Shown: one piece after another, positions 24,520 through 32,000 of the stretch
Layout of the letters: each line of letters opens with the position of its first letter
How positions within the stretch are numbered: position 1 is the first letter of the stretch
Source: Xylanibacter ruminicola 23
Lineage (GTDB): Bacteria; Bacteroidota; Bacteroidia; Bacteroidales; Bacteroidaceae
Assembly (NCBI RefSeq): GCF_000025925.1
Contig: NC_014033.1
Location: 1,260,001 to 1,292,000, forward strand
Length of the DNA: 32,000 bases
Reading direction: 5' to 3'
The notes under the pieces: generated by a model
Database searches by the model: none
Told to the model about the DNA's origin: nothing
What the model saw: the letters and a program-made list of their open reading frames with translations, nothing else
Translations under genes and position numbers: made by a program

Positions 24520-25593
24520 ATGAAGTCATTCGCAATTCAACCCGTTGACCAAACGATTAAGCCAAGTATTCTGGCAAAGATTGACAACCTGAACAAGCCC
24601 AAAGGTTCACTGGGCCGATTGGAAGAGTTGGCCCTACAGATATGTTTGATTCAGCAGACGCTGGAACCGAGTCTCGCCCACCCCTGTCACCTGCTGTTGG
24701 GCGGCGATCATGGCATCGAGCGCGAAGGCGTGAGCGTGTCGCCACGCGAGGTCACCTGGCAGCAGATGATCAACTTCACCCATGGCGGTGGCGGTGTGAA
24801 CATGTTCTGTAGGCAGCATGGTTTCAAGTTGCGTATTGTGGATGTGGGTGTGGATTATGATTTATCGGGCATCGATGGTATCATCGATCGCAAGATAGCC
24901 CGCGGCACCAAGAACTTCCTCTATGAACCCGCGATGAGTGAGGCCGAGTTCGACCGCGCCATCCAGATAGGCAGCGACTTGGTTGACGACTGCGTGGCCG
25001 AAAGCTGTCGTGTGCTCAGTATCGGTGAGATGGGTATTGCCAACACGTCGCCTTCCAGCATCTGGATGCACCTGTTCACGGGCATTCCCTTAGCAGACTG
25101 CATCGGTGCCGGAGCCGGCCTAGACACCCCCGGCATCCAGCATAAATATCAAGTACTCTCGCAAGCCGTCAACAACTATCACCTCTCAAATCTCCGCTCG
25201 ACCTCAGGTCGCTCGCAAGGCGAGAACTCTCACCTCTCACCTCTCAGTTATTTTGGTGGTTTCGAAATGGTAGCTGCTATCGGCGCCATGCTAAAAGCCG
25301 CCGAAAAGCATCTGGTGATACTCGTCGACGGCTTTATTATGACGGCCTGTGCGTTGGCTGCTATTCAGCTATATTCTGCCGCTCAGGACTACATGATTTT
25401 TGCACATTGTGGTGATGAGAGCGGCCACAAGCGCATGCTCGATGCGATGGGTGCAAATGCCTTGCTGCATCTGGGTTTGCGATTAGGCGAAGGCACTGGT
25501 GCTCTCTGTGCATTCCCGATAGTTGATTCAGCCGTTCGGATGATGAACGAGATGAACAACTTCGAGAACGCCAATATCACCAAGTATTTTTAA
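24520..25593 (+). CDS. cobT: Nicotinate-nucleotide--dimethylbenzimidazole phosphoribosyltransferase
   Basis: ATG at 24520 (the track's GTG is at 24508). CobT motifs are KPKGSLGRLEELA, GDHGI, IGEMGIANTS, GGFEMVAAIGAML and RLGEGTGA. It carries the in-frame repeat module at 25192-25230. Confidence 0.92.
   Translation: MKSFAIQPVDQTIKPSILAKIDNLNKPKGSLGRLEELALQICLIQQTLEPSLAHPCHLLLGGDHGIEREGVSVSPREVTWQQMINFTHGGGGVNMFCRQHGFKLRIVDVGVDYDLSGIDGIIDRKIARGTKNFLYEPAMSEAEFDRAIQIGSDLVDDCVAESCRVLSIGEMGIANTSPSSIWMHLFTGIPLADCIGAGAGLDTPGIQHKYQVLSQAVNNYHLSNLRSTSGRSQGENSHLSPLSYFGGFEMVAAIGAMLKAAEKHLVILVDGFIMTACALAAIQLYSAAQDYMIFAHCGDESGHKRMLDAMGANALLHLGLRLGEGTGALCAFPIVDSAVRMMNEMNNFENANITKYF
25192..25230 (+). repeat. 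39-nt hairpin-containing repeat module, copy B, in frame inside cobT (encodes LRSTSGRSQGENS)
   Basis: ctccgctcgacctcaggtcgctcgcaaggcgagaactct is 34/39 identical to 16513-16551. It is bracketed by the direct repeat cacctctca at 25180-25188 and 25231-25239, with a further overlapping copy at 25238-25246. The repeat spacing is 51 nt, or 17 codons. Confidence 0.8.
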
Positions 25594-28500
25594 CGGAGCA
25601 TTTCCTTTACAGCACGCTCCAACTGACGGTCGCGACCGTTGATGTAATCCTCGGGTGTGTTATACACCTCGATATCAGGATTCAGTGTAGTGTTCTCGCC
25701 GAACACACCACGCATATCGCGACAGCCCACCTGAGGAATACCGAAAATCATTCCGTTCTGCAGGGTCTCCCACCAAACGGCAGTCATTGTTCCGGCTACA
25801 GGTGCACCAATCAGCTTACCAATCTTCAGCTCCTTATATACCCATGGGAAACCATGTCCGTTACTGTAGTCATCCTCGCAAATCAGCACGCACGATGGCT
25901 TCAGCCATTTGTTATAAGGATCAGAGCCTACATACTTACCATGAGGCACAAACTCCTGATACTTCTTACCGCTCAGCAGGGTGCACAAATCGTCGTGTAA
26001 CCAACCACCACCGTTGTGACGCTCGTCAATTACAGCAGCAACACGATTGCGGTTCTTGTCGCTCAGAAGCTCACGGTAAACCGTACGGAAGCTGTGACTA
26101 TCCATAGCCTTTACATGCACGTAGGCCAGCTTGCCATCCGAGAGACTGTCGGTCATCTCACGCTGACGGTCCACCCAACGCTTATACAGCAGTTCTCTCA
26201 TGGTGCCGCGGCCGACAGCCTTGATGGTCACGTCGCTGCGCTTACCGGTTGAAGGATTCAGAATGGTTAAACGTACGCGCTTTCCAGCCTTTCCATCCAG
26301 CAGTGGGAAGTAGTCGTCGTTAGCCTTGATGGCTACACCGTCGATAGCCTCAATCACGCAACCAGCCACCACACCAGTCTTCTTCTGAGCCAGTGGCGAG
26401 CGCTTGATAACCTCTTCGATACGCAGTCCGTCGCCCTCGTAGTTCTGGTCGATAAACACGCCCAGCGAAGCAGTGCTTAGTGCGGCACCGGCGGGATAAT
26501 AGCGTGCACCGGTGTGCGAAGCATTCAGCTCGCCCAGCATCTCGCTCAGCATATCCTTGAAGTCGTACTCATTATTAATATATGGCAGGAAACGGCGATA
26601 GTTATCACGATAGCTTTCCCAATCTACATTGTGCAGATTCTCTACATAGAACTTATCCTTAACCTGGCGCCAGATGTGGTCGAACAAGTAGGCACGCTCC
26701 TCGTAAGGACGATAGTTGAACACGGTCTCGAAATCGATATTCTTGGTAGATTTCTTACCCAGCTCCAGTTTCTTGATACCACCGCGTGTGGCCAGGAACA
26801 GGTTGTCGAACTTCTTGTCAGCCTGCATACGTCCGCGACCGACACCCTTCATCAGCCGTTCGGTCTTATCCTCACGGATGTAGTGCACCCACAGGTCGTT
26901 ATCACCCTCGTACGAAGCCTGATAGTACAAGGTGTCGCCCTTCAGGATGGCATCACCCATCTGACCTGAATTGTCAGTCACACGAATGATACGGTCGAGG
27001 CGGTTATCCAGGTCGAAGGTGAGCAGTTTTTCTGCCTTGGGCTTCTCGGCTGTCTTCTTCTTGTCCTTTTTCTTCTTGCTGTCCTTATCGTCAGCCTTTT
27101 CATTCTTCTTAGCCTCCTTCTCAGCCTCTTCCAGTATTTCCTTATCCTCCTTACTCATGGTAAAGCGGTCGTAGGCATCCACGTCGAAGAACATCACGTA
27201 GTAGTCGCTCTCGGCACCCCAGCTGCCATGACTGCGATAGCCGGCACGGTCACTCTCAAACAGCATGGCCTTGCCTCCCAGCACCCAGCGGGCAGCACCC
27301 TCGTTGTAGCCACTCTCGGTCAGGTTGTGCACCTCGCTATTGCCGCTGGCATTAATCAGGGCAATATCATTACTGTTCCAACCGCCTGTGCCGATATAGC
27401 TGGCCAAGAGCCACTTGCTGTCGGGACTCCACTCAAACCAGATGTCGCCATCGCTGTACGAGTAGTTGTACTTACCATCCAGCACAGTGCGCTCAAGTCC
27501 GGTCTTCAGGTTAATCACGCACAGCTCGGCACGGTTCTTGAAGTAAGCTACCTCCTTGCCATCGGGACTGTACTGTGGCTGCAGCGAAGTCTCATTGCTC
27601 TGTGTCAGACGCTCCTCTTGCAGGGAGGTAGCGTAAGTAAAGAGTTTCTCGTTCTTATTCTTCAGTTTGGTCTGATAAATCTGCCATACGCCACCGCGCT
27701 CAGCGCAATATACCAGACTGCGACCATCGGGGCTGAAGTTCACGCTGCGCTCCTGCTGTGGGGTGTTGGTAATCTGCTTGGTGGTCTTATACTCAACCGA
27801 TGTCACAAAGATGTCGCCACGCAGAATAAAGGCCACCTCTTTGCCTTCGGGCGAAAGACTGATTTCGGTGACACCGCTCGAACGCAACTGACGAATCAGG
27901 TCCTTGTCCTGACGGTCGCCGGTAATAGTTACCTTTACCTTCTGTGGCTCAGAACCTTCCTTCAAGGTATAAATTTCGCCATTCTGACTGTAGCAGAGTG
28001 TACCCTCGTTGCTTACCGAGAGATAGCGTACGGGATTCATTGTGTGGTGCGAGAGCTGCTTTTTACCTGTGCCGTCGATATTTCGGCGATACACATTAAA
28101 AGTACCATCTTCCTCGCTGGTGTAATAATACGAGTTGGCATCAGCCCAGCGTGGTGTACGATCCTCGCCCTTAAAGTCGGTCAGTCTGGTGTAGTGTCCA
28201 TCCTGCATCATCCAAATGTCGCGACAGATAGGACTCTGATGGTGCTTGCGGAAAGGATCCTCGTAACCCTTATAGTCGTGATACAATATACGACCATCCT
28301 TGGCAAAGCTGATATCCTCCATTGGCAGTGTTGAGAACATGCGAGGACGACCGCCCTTGATGCTCACCTCGTACACCTGATTCTCGCCAGGGAACAGAAT
28401 CGACTGTGCCGATGGCATCCACGAAGCCGAGAACAACACATGTTCGTTGCCTCGCCAAACCATAGGCATCTCGTCGGTGCTGTTGGTGGTCAGTCGCACG

Positions 28501-28805
28501 GGCTCGCTGCCCTGGGCATCCATCACATACACATCCATGCTACCCTCGCGACTTGATGCGAAGGCCAACTTGGTGCCGTCAGGACTCCACACGGGACAGG
28601 CATCATAAGCCGCATTAGTGGTCAGCTGTCGGGCTTTTCCGCCTGAAGCAGCTACCGTATAGACATCGCCTTTATAAGCAAAGGCAATCGTTTTGCCATC
28701 CGGCGAGATGGCCGTGTACCGCATCCACAGCGGTCCTTCTTCGGCATGCACACTCAGCCCCGTCATCAGGAGCCCGGCAGCCAAAAGCATTTTACTTGTT
28801 TTCAT
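25590..28805 (-). CDS. Tricorn-like protease homologue (N-terminal TolB/WD40-like beta-propellers, PDZ, C-terminal S41 peptidase domain)
   Basis: 1071-aa ORF with a signal peptide (MKTSKMLLAAGLLMTGLSVHA). It has repeated ...SPDG(K/T)xxAF... propeller blades and a C-terminal S41-like region (IDERHNGGGW, SNGHGFPWVYK, GAPVAGT). Its stop codon overlaps the cobT stop (TTAA). Confidence 0.8.
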   Translation of the reverse strand: MKTSKMLLAAGLLMTGLSVHAEEGPLWMRYTAISPDGKTIAFAYKGDVYTVAASGGKARQLTTNAAYDACPVWSPDGTKLAFASSREGSMDVYVMDAQGSEPVRLTTNSTDEMPMVWRGNEHVLFSASWMPSAQSILFPGENQVYEVSIKGGRPRMFSTLPMEDISFAKDGRILYHDYKGYEDPFRKHHQSPICRDIWMMQDGHYTRLTDFKGEDRTPRWADANSYYYTSEEDGTFNVYRRNIDGTGKKQLSHHTMNPVRYLSVSNEGTLCYSQNGEIYTLKEGSEPQKVKVTITGDRQDKDLIRQLRSSGVTEISLSPEGKEVAFILRGDIFVTSVEYKTTKQITNTPQQERSVNFSPDGRSLVYCAERGGVWQIYQTKLKNKNEKLFTYATSLQEERLTQSNETSLQPQYSPDGKEVAYFKNRAELCVINLKTGLERTVLDGKYNYSYSDGDIWFEWSPDSKWLLASYIGTGGWNSNDIALINASGNSEVHNLTESGYNEGAARWVLGGKAMLFESDRAGYRSHGSWGAESDYYVMFFDVDAYDRFTMSKEDKEILEEAEKEAKKNEKADDKDSKKKKDKKKTAEKPKAEKLLTFDLDNRLDRIIRVTDNSGQMGDAILKGDTLYYQASYEGDNDLWVHYIREDKTERLMKGVGRGRMQADKKFDNLFLATRGGIKKLELGKKSTKNIDFETVFNYRPYEERAYLFDHIWRQVKDKFYVENLHNVDWESYRDNYRRFLPYINNEYDFKDMLSEMLGELNASHTGARYYPAGAALSTASLGVFIDQNYEGDGLRIEEVIKRSPLAQKKTGVVAGCVIEAIDGVAIKANDDYFPLLDGKAGKRVRLTILNPSTGKRSDVTIKAVGRGTMRELLYKRWVDRQREMTDSLSDGKLAYVHVKAMDSHSFRTVYRELLSDKNRNRVAAVIDERHNGGGWLHDDLCTLLSGKKYQEFVPHGKYVGSDPYNKWLKPSCVLICEDDYSNGHGFPWVYKELKIGKLIGAPVAGTMTAVWWETLQNGMIFGIPQVGCRDMRGVFGENTTLNPDIEVYNTPEDYINGRDRQLERAVKEMLR

Positions 28806-28850
28806 GTCGTTATTTATTGTTTATTGTTGTTATCATCGCGAAAACAGATG

Positions 28851-28858
28851 CAAAGATA
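28851..28858 (-). promoter_or_regulatory. Candidate -7 promoter box (TATCTTTG on the minus strand) for the tricorn-like protease gene
   Basis: Plus-strand caaagata is the reverse complement of TAnnTTTG. It lies about 46 nt upstream of the ATG at 28805. Confidence 0.4.
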
Positions 28859-28947
28859 AGTAATAATACGTAAAATGCAAAAAAATACGCTATTTTTTCG
28901 CTTATTTCATTACTTTTTGTTACTTTTACAGCCAAAAACCATTCAAT

Positions 28948-29694
28948 ATGAAACGAATTTCTATTTTAGCATGCGCCTTAGGTCTGGCTTGGAGCCAGCT
29001 CTGCGCTCAGACCACTACAGCCGAAGTGCTCTTCGAAACCACCAAGGGCAACATCCGTATCGCACTCTACGACGAGACACCACAGCACCGCGACAACTTT
29101 TTGAAGCTTACCAAAATGGGCTCGTACGATTCGCTGCTGTTCCATCGTGTGATTAAGGATTTTATGATCCAAACGGGCGATATCTTCAGTAAGAAAGCAA
29201 AACCCGGACAGTTGTTAGGTTCGGGTGATTACGATTATACTACCGAGGCTGAGTTCCGTTTACCTAAGATATTCCATCGTCGAGGTGTGGTAGCTGCTGC
29301 ACGCGAAGGCGACGAAAAGAATCCCGAGCGCCGTTCTGGTGCCAGTCAGTTCTACATGGTTTGGGGTAAGGTGTACGACGATCGCCGACTGGATTATACC
29401 CAGCAGAAGATCGATTCGATTACCAATGGCCAGGTAAAGATTACACCTGAGATGCGTGAAGTTTACAAAACCATCGGTGGCACGCCCCATCTGGATGGTC
29501 AGTACACCGTGTTTGGTGAGATTATCGAGGGTTTGGATGTAGTCGAAGCTATCCAAGGTGTGGCCGTAGATAAGAACGACCGCCCCTTAGAGGATATCCG
29601 CATCCTGAAGGCCACCGTTACAAAGGACCTCCCTGCCCCACCTGCTCCCAAAGCTACTCCCAAACGTAAAGTAGCACCAAAGAAAAGAAGATAA
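28948..29694 (+). CDS. Secreted cyclophilin-type peptidyl-prolyl cis-trans isomerase with a Pro/Lys-rich C-terminal tail
   Basis: 248-aa ORF with a signal peptide (MKRISILACALGLAWSQLCAQ). Cyclophilin motifs are FHRVIKDFMIQTGD, SQFYMV and YTVFGEIIEGLDVV. The tail is LPAPPAPKATPKRKVAPKKRR. Confidence 0.9.
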   Translation: MKRISILACALGLAWSQLCAQTTTAEVLFETTKGNIRIALYDETPQHRDNFLKLTKMGSYDSLLFHRVIKDFMIQTGDIFSKKAKPGQLLGSGDYDYTTEAEFRLPKIFHRRGVVAAAREGDEKNPERRSGASQFYMVWGKVYDDRRLDYTQQKIDSITNGQVKITPEMREVYKTIGGTPHLDGQYTVFGEIIEGLDVVEAIQGVAVDKNDRPLEDIRILKATVTKDLPAPPAPKATPKRKVAPKKRR

Positions 29695-29713
29695 TACATA
29701 TTATTTGTTATTC

Positions 29714-29773
29714 ATATCGCAAGCGATATTTAGTTAATTCTTCTTAAAGTGTTATCTAAATCGCTTGCGATAT
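29714..29773. repeat. Twin 16-bp palindromes (ATATCGC-AA-GCGATAT and AAATCGC-TT-GCGATAT) that can also fold as one stem of about 18 bp; either a terminator for the PPIase gene or an operator for the downstream operon
   Basis: Arms 29714-29733 and 29755-29773 are reverse complements apart from a 2-nt bulge. The palindrome centres are 44 bp apart. The right arm abuts the -33 region of the promoter box at 29787. Confidence 0.7.
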
Positions 29774-29786
29774 AAATTATTCTTAT

Positions 29787-29794
29787 TACCTTTG
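29787..29794 (+). promoter_or_regulatory. Candidate -7 promoter box (TACCTTTG) for the rubrerythrin-like/radical-SAM operon
   Basis: Matches TAnnTTTG, 53 nt upstream of the ATG at 29847. Confidence 0.45.
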
Positions 29795-29846
29795 CACCGC
29801 TTTTAAGTTGATAACATCACAAAAACAACAATATATATTAAGTACA

Positions 29847-30251
29847 ATGATTTACGGAAAAACGAAAGGTACCGATTTTGAAAAGCTGTGCGACGGAGCT
29901 GCTAAGGCCGAGGCGCAGGGAGTAATGGTTTATTATGCGCTGGCTCGAATGGCTCGCGAACAGGGCTATCCCGAAGAAGTTTCAGCTACGTTTATTGAGA
30001 TGGCGAATCAAGAGGCAGTACATGCAGGATTCTATGCTACCCTGATGGCTAAGTACGATAGCGATATCTGGAAGATTGCCGAGAACTTTGCCAAGGGCGA
30101 ATATCACGGCGAGCAGCAGGTAAACCAGTTTGCTCAGGCATTACGTGCTGTAGGACTGGATGAAGCAGCCAACGAGATGGATGTGTTTGCCAAGCAGGAA
30201 CGTCATCATGGTGATACGCTTACAGAGTTGATTAGCAAGTATAAAAAGTAA
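29847..30251 (+). CDS. Rubrerythrin/ferritin-like di-iron four-helix-bundle protein (no rubredoxin domain)
   Basis: ATG at 29847 (MIYGKTKGTDF...); the track's TTG is at 29808. It has two E-x-x-H motifs (NQEAVH, KQERHH) plus partner glutamates (AKAEAQG, GEYHGEQQ), spaced as in rubrerythrin-type di-iron sites. Confidence 0.7.
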   Translation: MIYGKTKGTDFEKLCDGAAKAEAQGVMVYYALARMAREQGYPEEVSATFIEMANQEAVHAGFYATLMAKYDSDIWKIAENFAKGEYHGEQQVNQFAQALRAVGLDEAANEMDVFAKQERHHGDTLTELISKYKK

Positions 30252-30257
30252 ATCAGT

Positions 30258-31364
30258 ATGGATAGTCAGAGTGCCATCAATTTGGCAGAATACATGAATG
30301 GCAGCATTCGCAATATCATGGCTACAGCCTATAAGAATGTGCTGAGTAATCCCCGTGAAGCGAAGTTTGCCTTCAAGATGCAGCGCCTGTTCGAGAAATC
30401 GGAAAAACGCCGTAAGAAGATGGCAGAAAGCGAAGGTTTAGATGTGCCACCTTTCTTAATTAGTAGTATCTCAACCACCTGCAATCTGCATTGCAAGGGT
30501 TGCTATGCCCGCTCCAACGGAATAGCCGAGGATAAAGAGTCCGACCGCAAGGCCACACTTACTCCCGAGCAGTGGCGCCACATTTTTGAGGAGGCTGCTG
30601 AGATGGGTATCAACTTCTCGCTGCTGGCTGGTGGCGAACCTATGATGCGCAAGGATATTCTGGAGCAGGTGGCTGAGGTTAAGGACATGATATTCCCCAT
30701 TTTTACCAATGGCACACTGATTGGTCCATCGTACATGGAGTTTCTGCGTAAGAATCTGAACATGGTGCCTATCATCAGTCTTGAGGGTACTGCCATCGGT
30801 ACCGACGAGCGTCGAGGTCAGGGTGTGTTCAAGCGTGCTATGCAGTCGATGGAGATGCTGAAGACCGAGAATCTCTTCTTTGGTACCAGCATCACCGTTA
30901 CTACCGAGAACATGCAGCTGGTAACATCTGCTGATTTCATTAATCAGCTACGCGGCTATGGTTGTAAGATCGTGTTCTATATCGAGTATGTGCCCACAGA
31001 ACCAGGCACTGAGCATTTGGCATTTAGCGATGCACATGTGGCCCAGATGGAGCAGGTACTCGAAGAACGCCGCACGATGTATCAGGATATTATCTTCCTG
31101 TCGTTCCCCGGTGACGAGAAGGCTTTAGGTGGCTGTCTGGCCTCAGGTCGCGGCTTCTTCCATATCGGTCCAGATGGATCGGCCGAGCCCTGTCCGTTCT
31201 CTCCATTTAGCGATAGTAATGTATTAGAACTTGGTGTACGACAGGCACTTAAATCACCTTTATTCAAGAAGATTAGAGCTGCCCGTGCATTAGGTTGGGA
31301 GCACACAGGCGGCTGTACCCTCTTTGAGCACCGCGAAGAAATAGAACAGATGATGAACAAATAA
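30258..31364 (+). CDS. Radical SAM enzyme with a C-terminal Cys-containing twitch/SPASM-like region; substrate unknown
   Basis: 368-aa ORF with CNLHCKGC (C75/C79/C82, CxxxCxxC), GGEPMMRKD and FTNGTLI. The C-terminal cysteines lie in GGCLASGRGFFHIGPDGSAEPCPFSPF and GGCTLFEH. It starts 6 nt after the rubrerythrin-like gene. Confidence 0.8.
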   Translation: MDSQSAINLAEYMNGSIRNIMATAYKNVLSNPREAKFAFKMQRLFEKSEKRRKKMAESEGLDVPPFLISSISTTCNLHCKGCYARSNGIAEDKESDRKATLTPEQWRHIFEEAAEMGINFSLLAGGEPMMRKDILEQVAEVKDMIFPIFTNGTLIGPSYMEFLRKNLNMVPIISLEGTAIGTDERRGQGVFKRAMQSMEMLKTENLFFGTSITVTTENMQLVTSADFINQLRGYGCKIVFYIEYVPTEPGTEHLAFSDAHVAQMEQVLEERRTMYQDIIFLSFPGDEKALGGCLASGRGFFHIGPDGSAEPCPFSPFSDSNVLELGVRQALKSPLFKKIRAARALGWEHTGGCTLFEHREEIEQMMNK

Positions 31365-31384
31365 ATAAGCTCAAGTAGATTAAG

Positions 31385-31702
31385 CTATAGCACAACTGCA
31401 GTGCCGCTGGCGGCTACCATCAGCATAGAGCCGTTAGCACCAATGGTTTCGTAATCCAGGTCGATGCCTACGATAGCGTTAGCACCTAACATCTGGGCGC
31501 GCTCCATCATCTCGCGCATAGCCTCGTCCTTGGCCTCGCGCAGCACCTTCTCATAGCTACCGGCGCGACCACCTACGATATCACGAATACCAGCAAACAG
31601 GTCTTTAAACATGTTTGCACCGATGATTGTTTCACCTGTCACTACACCCTTATACTCACGGATAGTGTGACCTTCGATTGTTGGAGTTGTTGAAAGTACC
31701 AT
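31385..31702 (-). CDS. ybjQ: YbjQ/UPF0145 family protein (putative heavy-metal-binding domain)
   Basis: I place the start at the ATG at 31702 ([24 protein letters not shown]...). YbjQ motifs are [31 protein letters not shown] and [12 protein letters not shown]. Confidence 0.85.
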   Translation of the reverse strand: MVLSTTPTIEGHTIREYKGVVTGETIIGANMFKDLFAGIRDIVGGRAGSYEKVLREAKDEAMREMMERAQMLGANAIVGIDLDYETIGANGSMLMVAASGTAVVL

Positions 31703-31724
31703 AATTTTAAAATTTAAGTTATTA

Positions 31725-32000
31725 TTACCAATATTCTTTTGCGTCAAGTATCACATGTTTCTGCTGGCCCTGTGGCGTCACGATATCAAGTTCGTGGCGT
31801 GGTGCTTTGTGCAAGGCTTCCTCCTCGTCCCAGGTGTAATCCTTTACATCGCGACCATTAATGGTGGTAATCGTGTCGCCGATCTCTACACCAGCCTCAT
31901 GGGCCTCGCTCGAGTGGTTCATATAATACACCACCCAACCGCGACAGATATCCGTACGGTTTCGCCAGCCGTAACCATATCTCTTACCGATGGGGTCATC
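31725..32000 (-). CDS. C-terminal part of a PDZ-domain protein (partial; the N-terminus lies beyond the window)
   Basis: The reverse frame is open to base 32000: [52 protein letters not shown]... It is PDZ-like, with a GYGW loop and an [14 protein letters not shown] motif. The track's GTG at 31934 is internal. Confidence 0.6.
   Translation of the reverse strand, partial: DDPIGKRYGYGWRNRTDICRGWVVYYMNHSSEAHEAGVEIGDTITTINGRDVKDYTWDEEEALHKAPRHELDIVTPQGQQKHVILDAKEYW

Noticed and set aside
27228-28334. 368-aa plus-strand ORF
   Set aside because: It lies entirely antisense to the tricorn-like protease gene, whose own frame carries clear propeller, PDZ and S41 motifs. The translation is Leu/Val/Thr/Gln/Ala/His-rich with no recognisable motif or promoter box, so it is a shadow ORF.
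28875-29156. 93-aa plus-strand ORF overlapping the start of the PPIase gene
   Set aside because: It is out of frame with the cyclophilin ORF, which has a signal peptide and full family motifs. It begins in the AT-rich promoter region.
1-32000. Search for CRISPR arrays, tRNA or rRNA genes, transposases, integrases, phage genes, toxin-antitoxin pairs or recognisable defence genes
   Set aside because: I found no regularly spaced direct repeats, no cloverleaf-like or rRNA-like sequence, and no ORF with recombinase, transposase or nuclease hallmark motifs. All large ORFs are accounted for by metabolic, transport or housekeeping functions.

Overview
The window looks like a Bacteroidales chromosome, possibly Prevotella-like. 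The taxon call is inference from about 50% GC, repeated TAnnTTTG -7 promoter boxes, very short leaders and acidic lipoprotein sorting signals. About 20 kb (5.6-25.6 kb) is a cobalamin (B12) supercluster made of four transcription units. (1) A minus-strand transcript of about 9.3 kb sits behind a clear cobalamin riboswitch (14771-14945): TonB-dependent transporter, lipoprotein CbiK-type chelatase homologue, second TonB-dependent transporter, cbiH-cbiC fusion, cobQ/cbiP, cbiB. (2) A divergent plus-strand operon, cbiA, cbiE-T, cbiG-F, cbiJ-D, is tightly coupled by ATGA or longer overlaps. (3) A minus-strand BtuF-like binding protein plus BtuC-like permease has no ATPase gene. (4) cobS-cobU-cobT is on the plus strand. 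The flanks are ordinary. On the left are ilvB (partial), ilvD and a secreted GH2 glycosidase. On the right are a tricorn-like S41 protease, a cyclophilin PPIase, a rubrerythrin-like plus radical-SAM gene pair, ybjQ and a partial PDZ protein. The observations most worth follow-up are: (a) an exported, probably surface-exposed CbiK-type chelatase homologue that keeps both metal-site His motifs, sits between two TonB-dependent transporters, and is the only chelatase visible; (b) a 39-nt hairpin-containing module (34/39 nt identical) inserted in the same reading frame in cbiET and cobT, which lie in two B12 operons without riboswitches; (c) riboswitch control of only one of four B12 units; (d) a BtuFC pair lacking an ATPase, whose 3' end overlaps cbiJD by 77 nt; (e) an uncharacterised di-iron protein plus radical-SAM/twitch operon behind a twin-palindrome element. 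I saw no CRISPR array, tRNA, rRNA, transposase or integrase. All homology calls come from motif recognition by eye and no database search was run.
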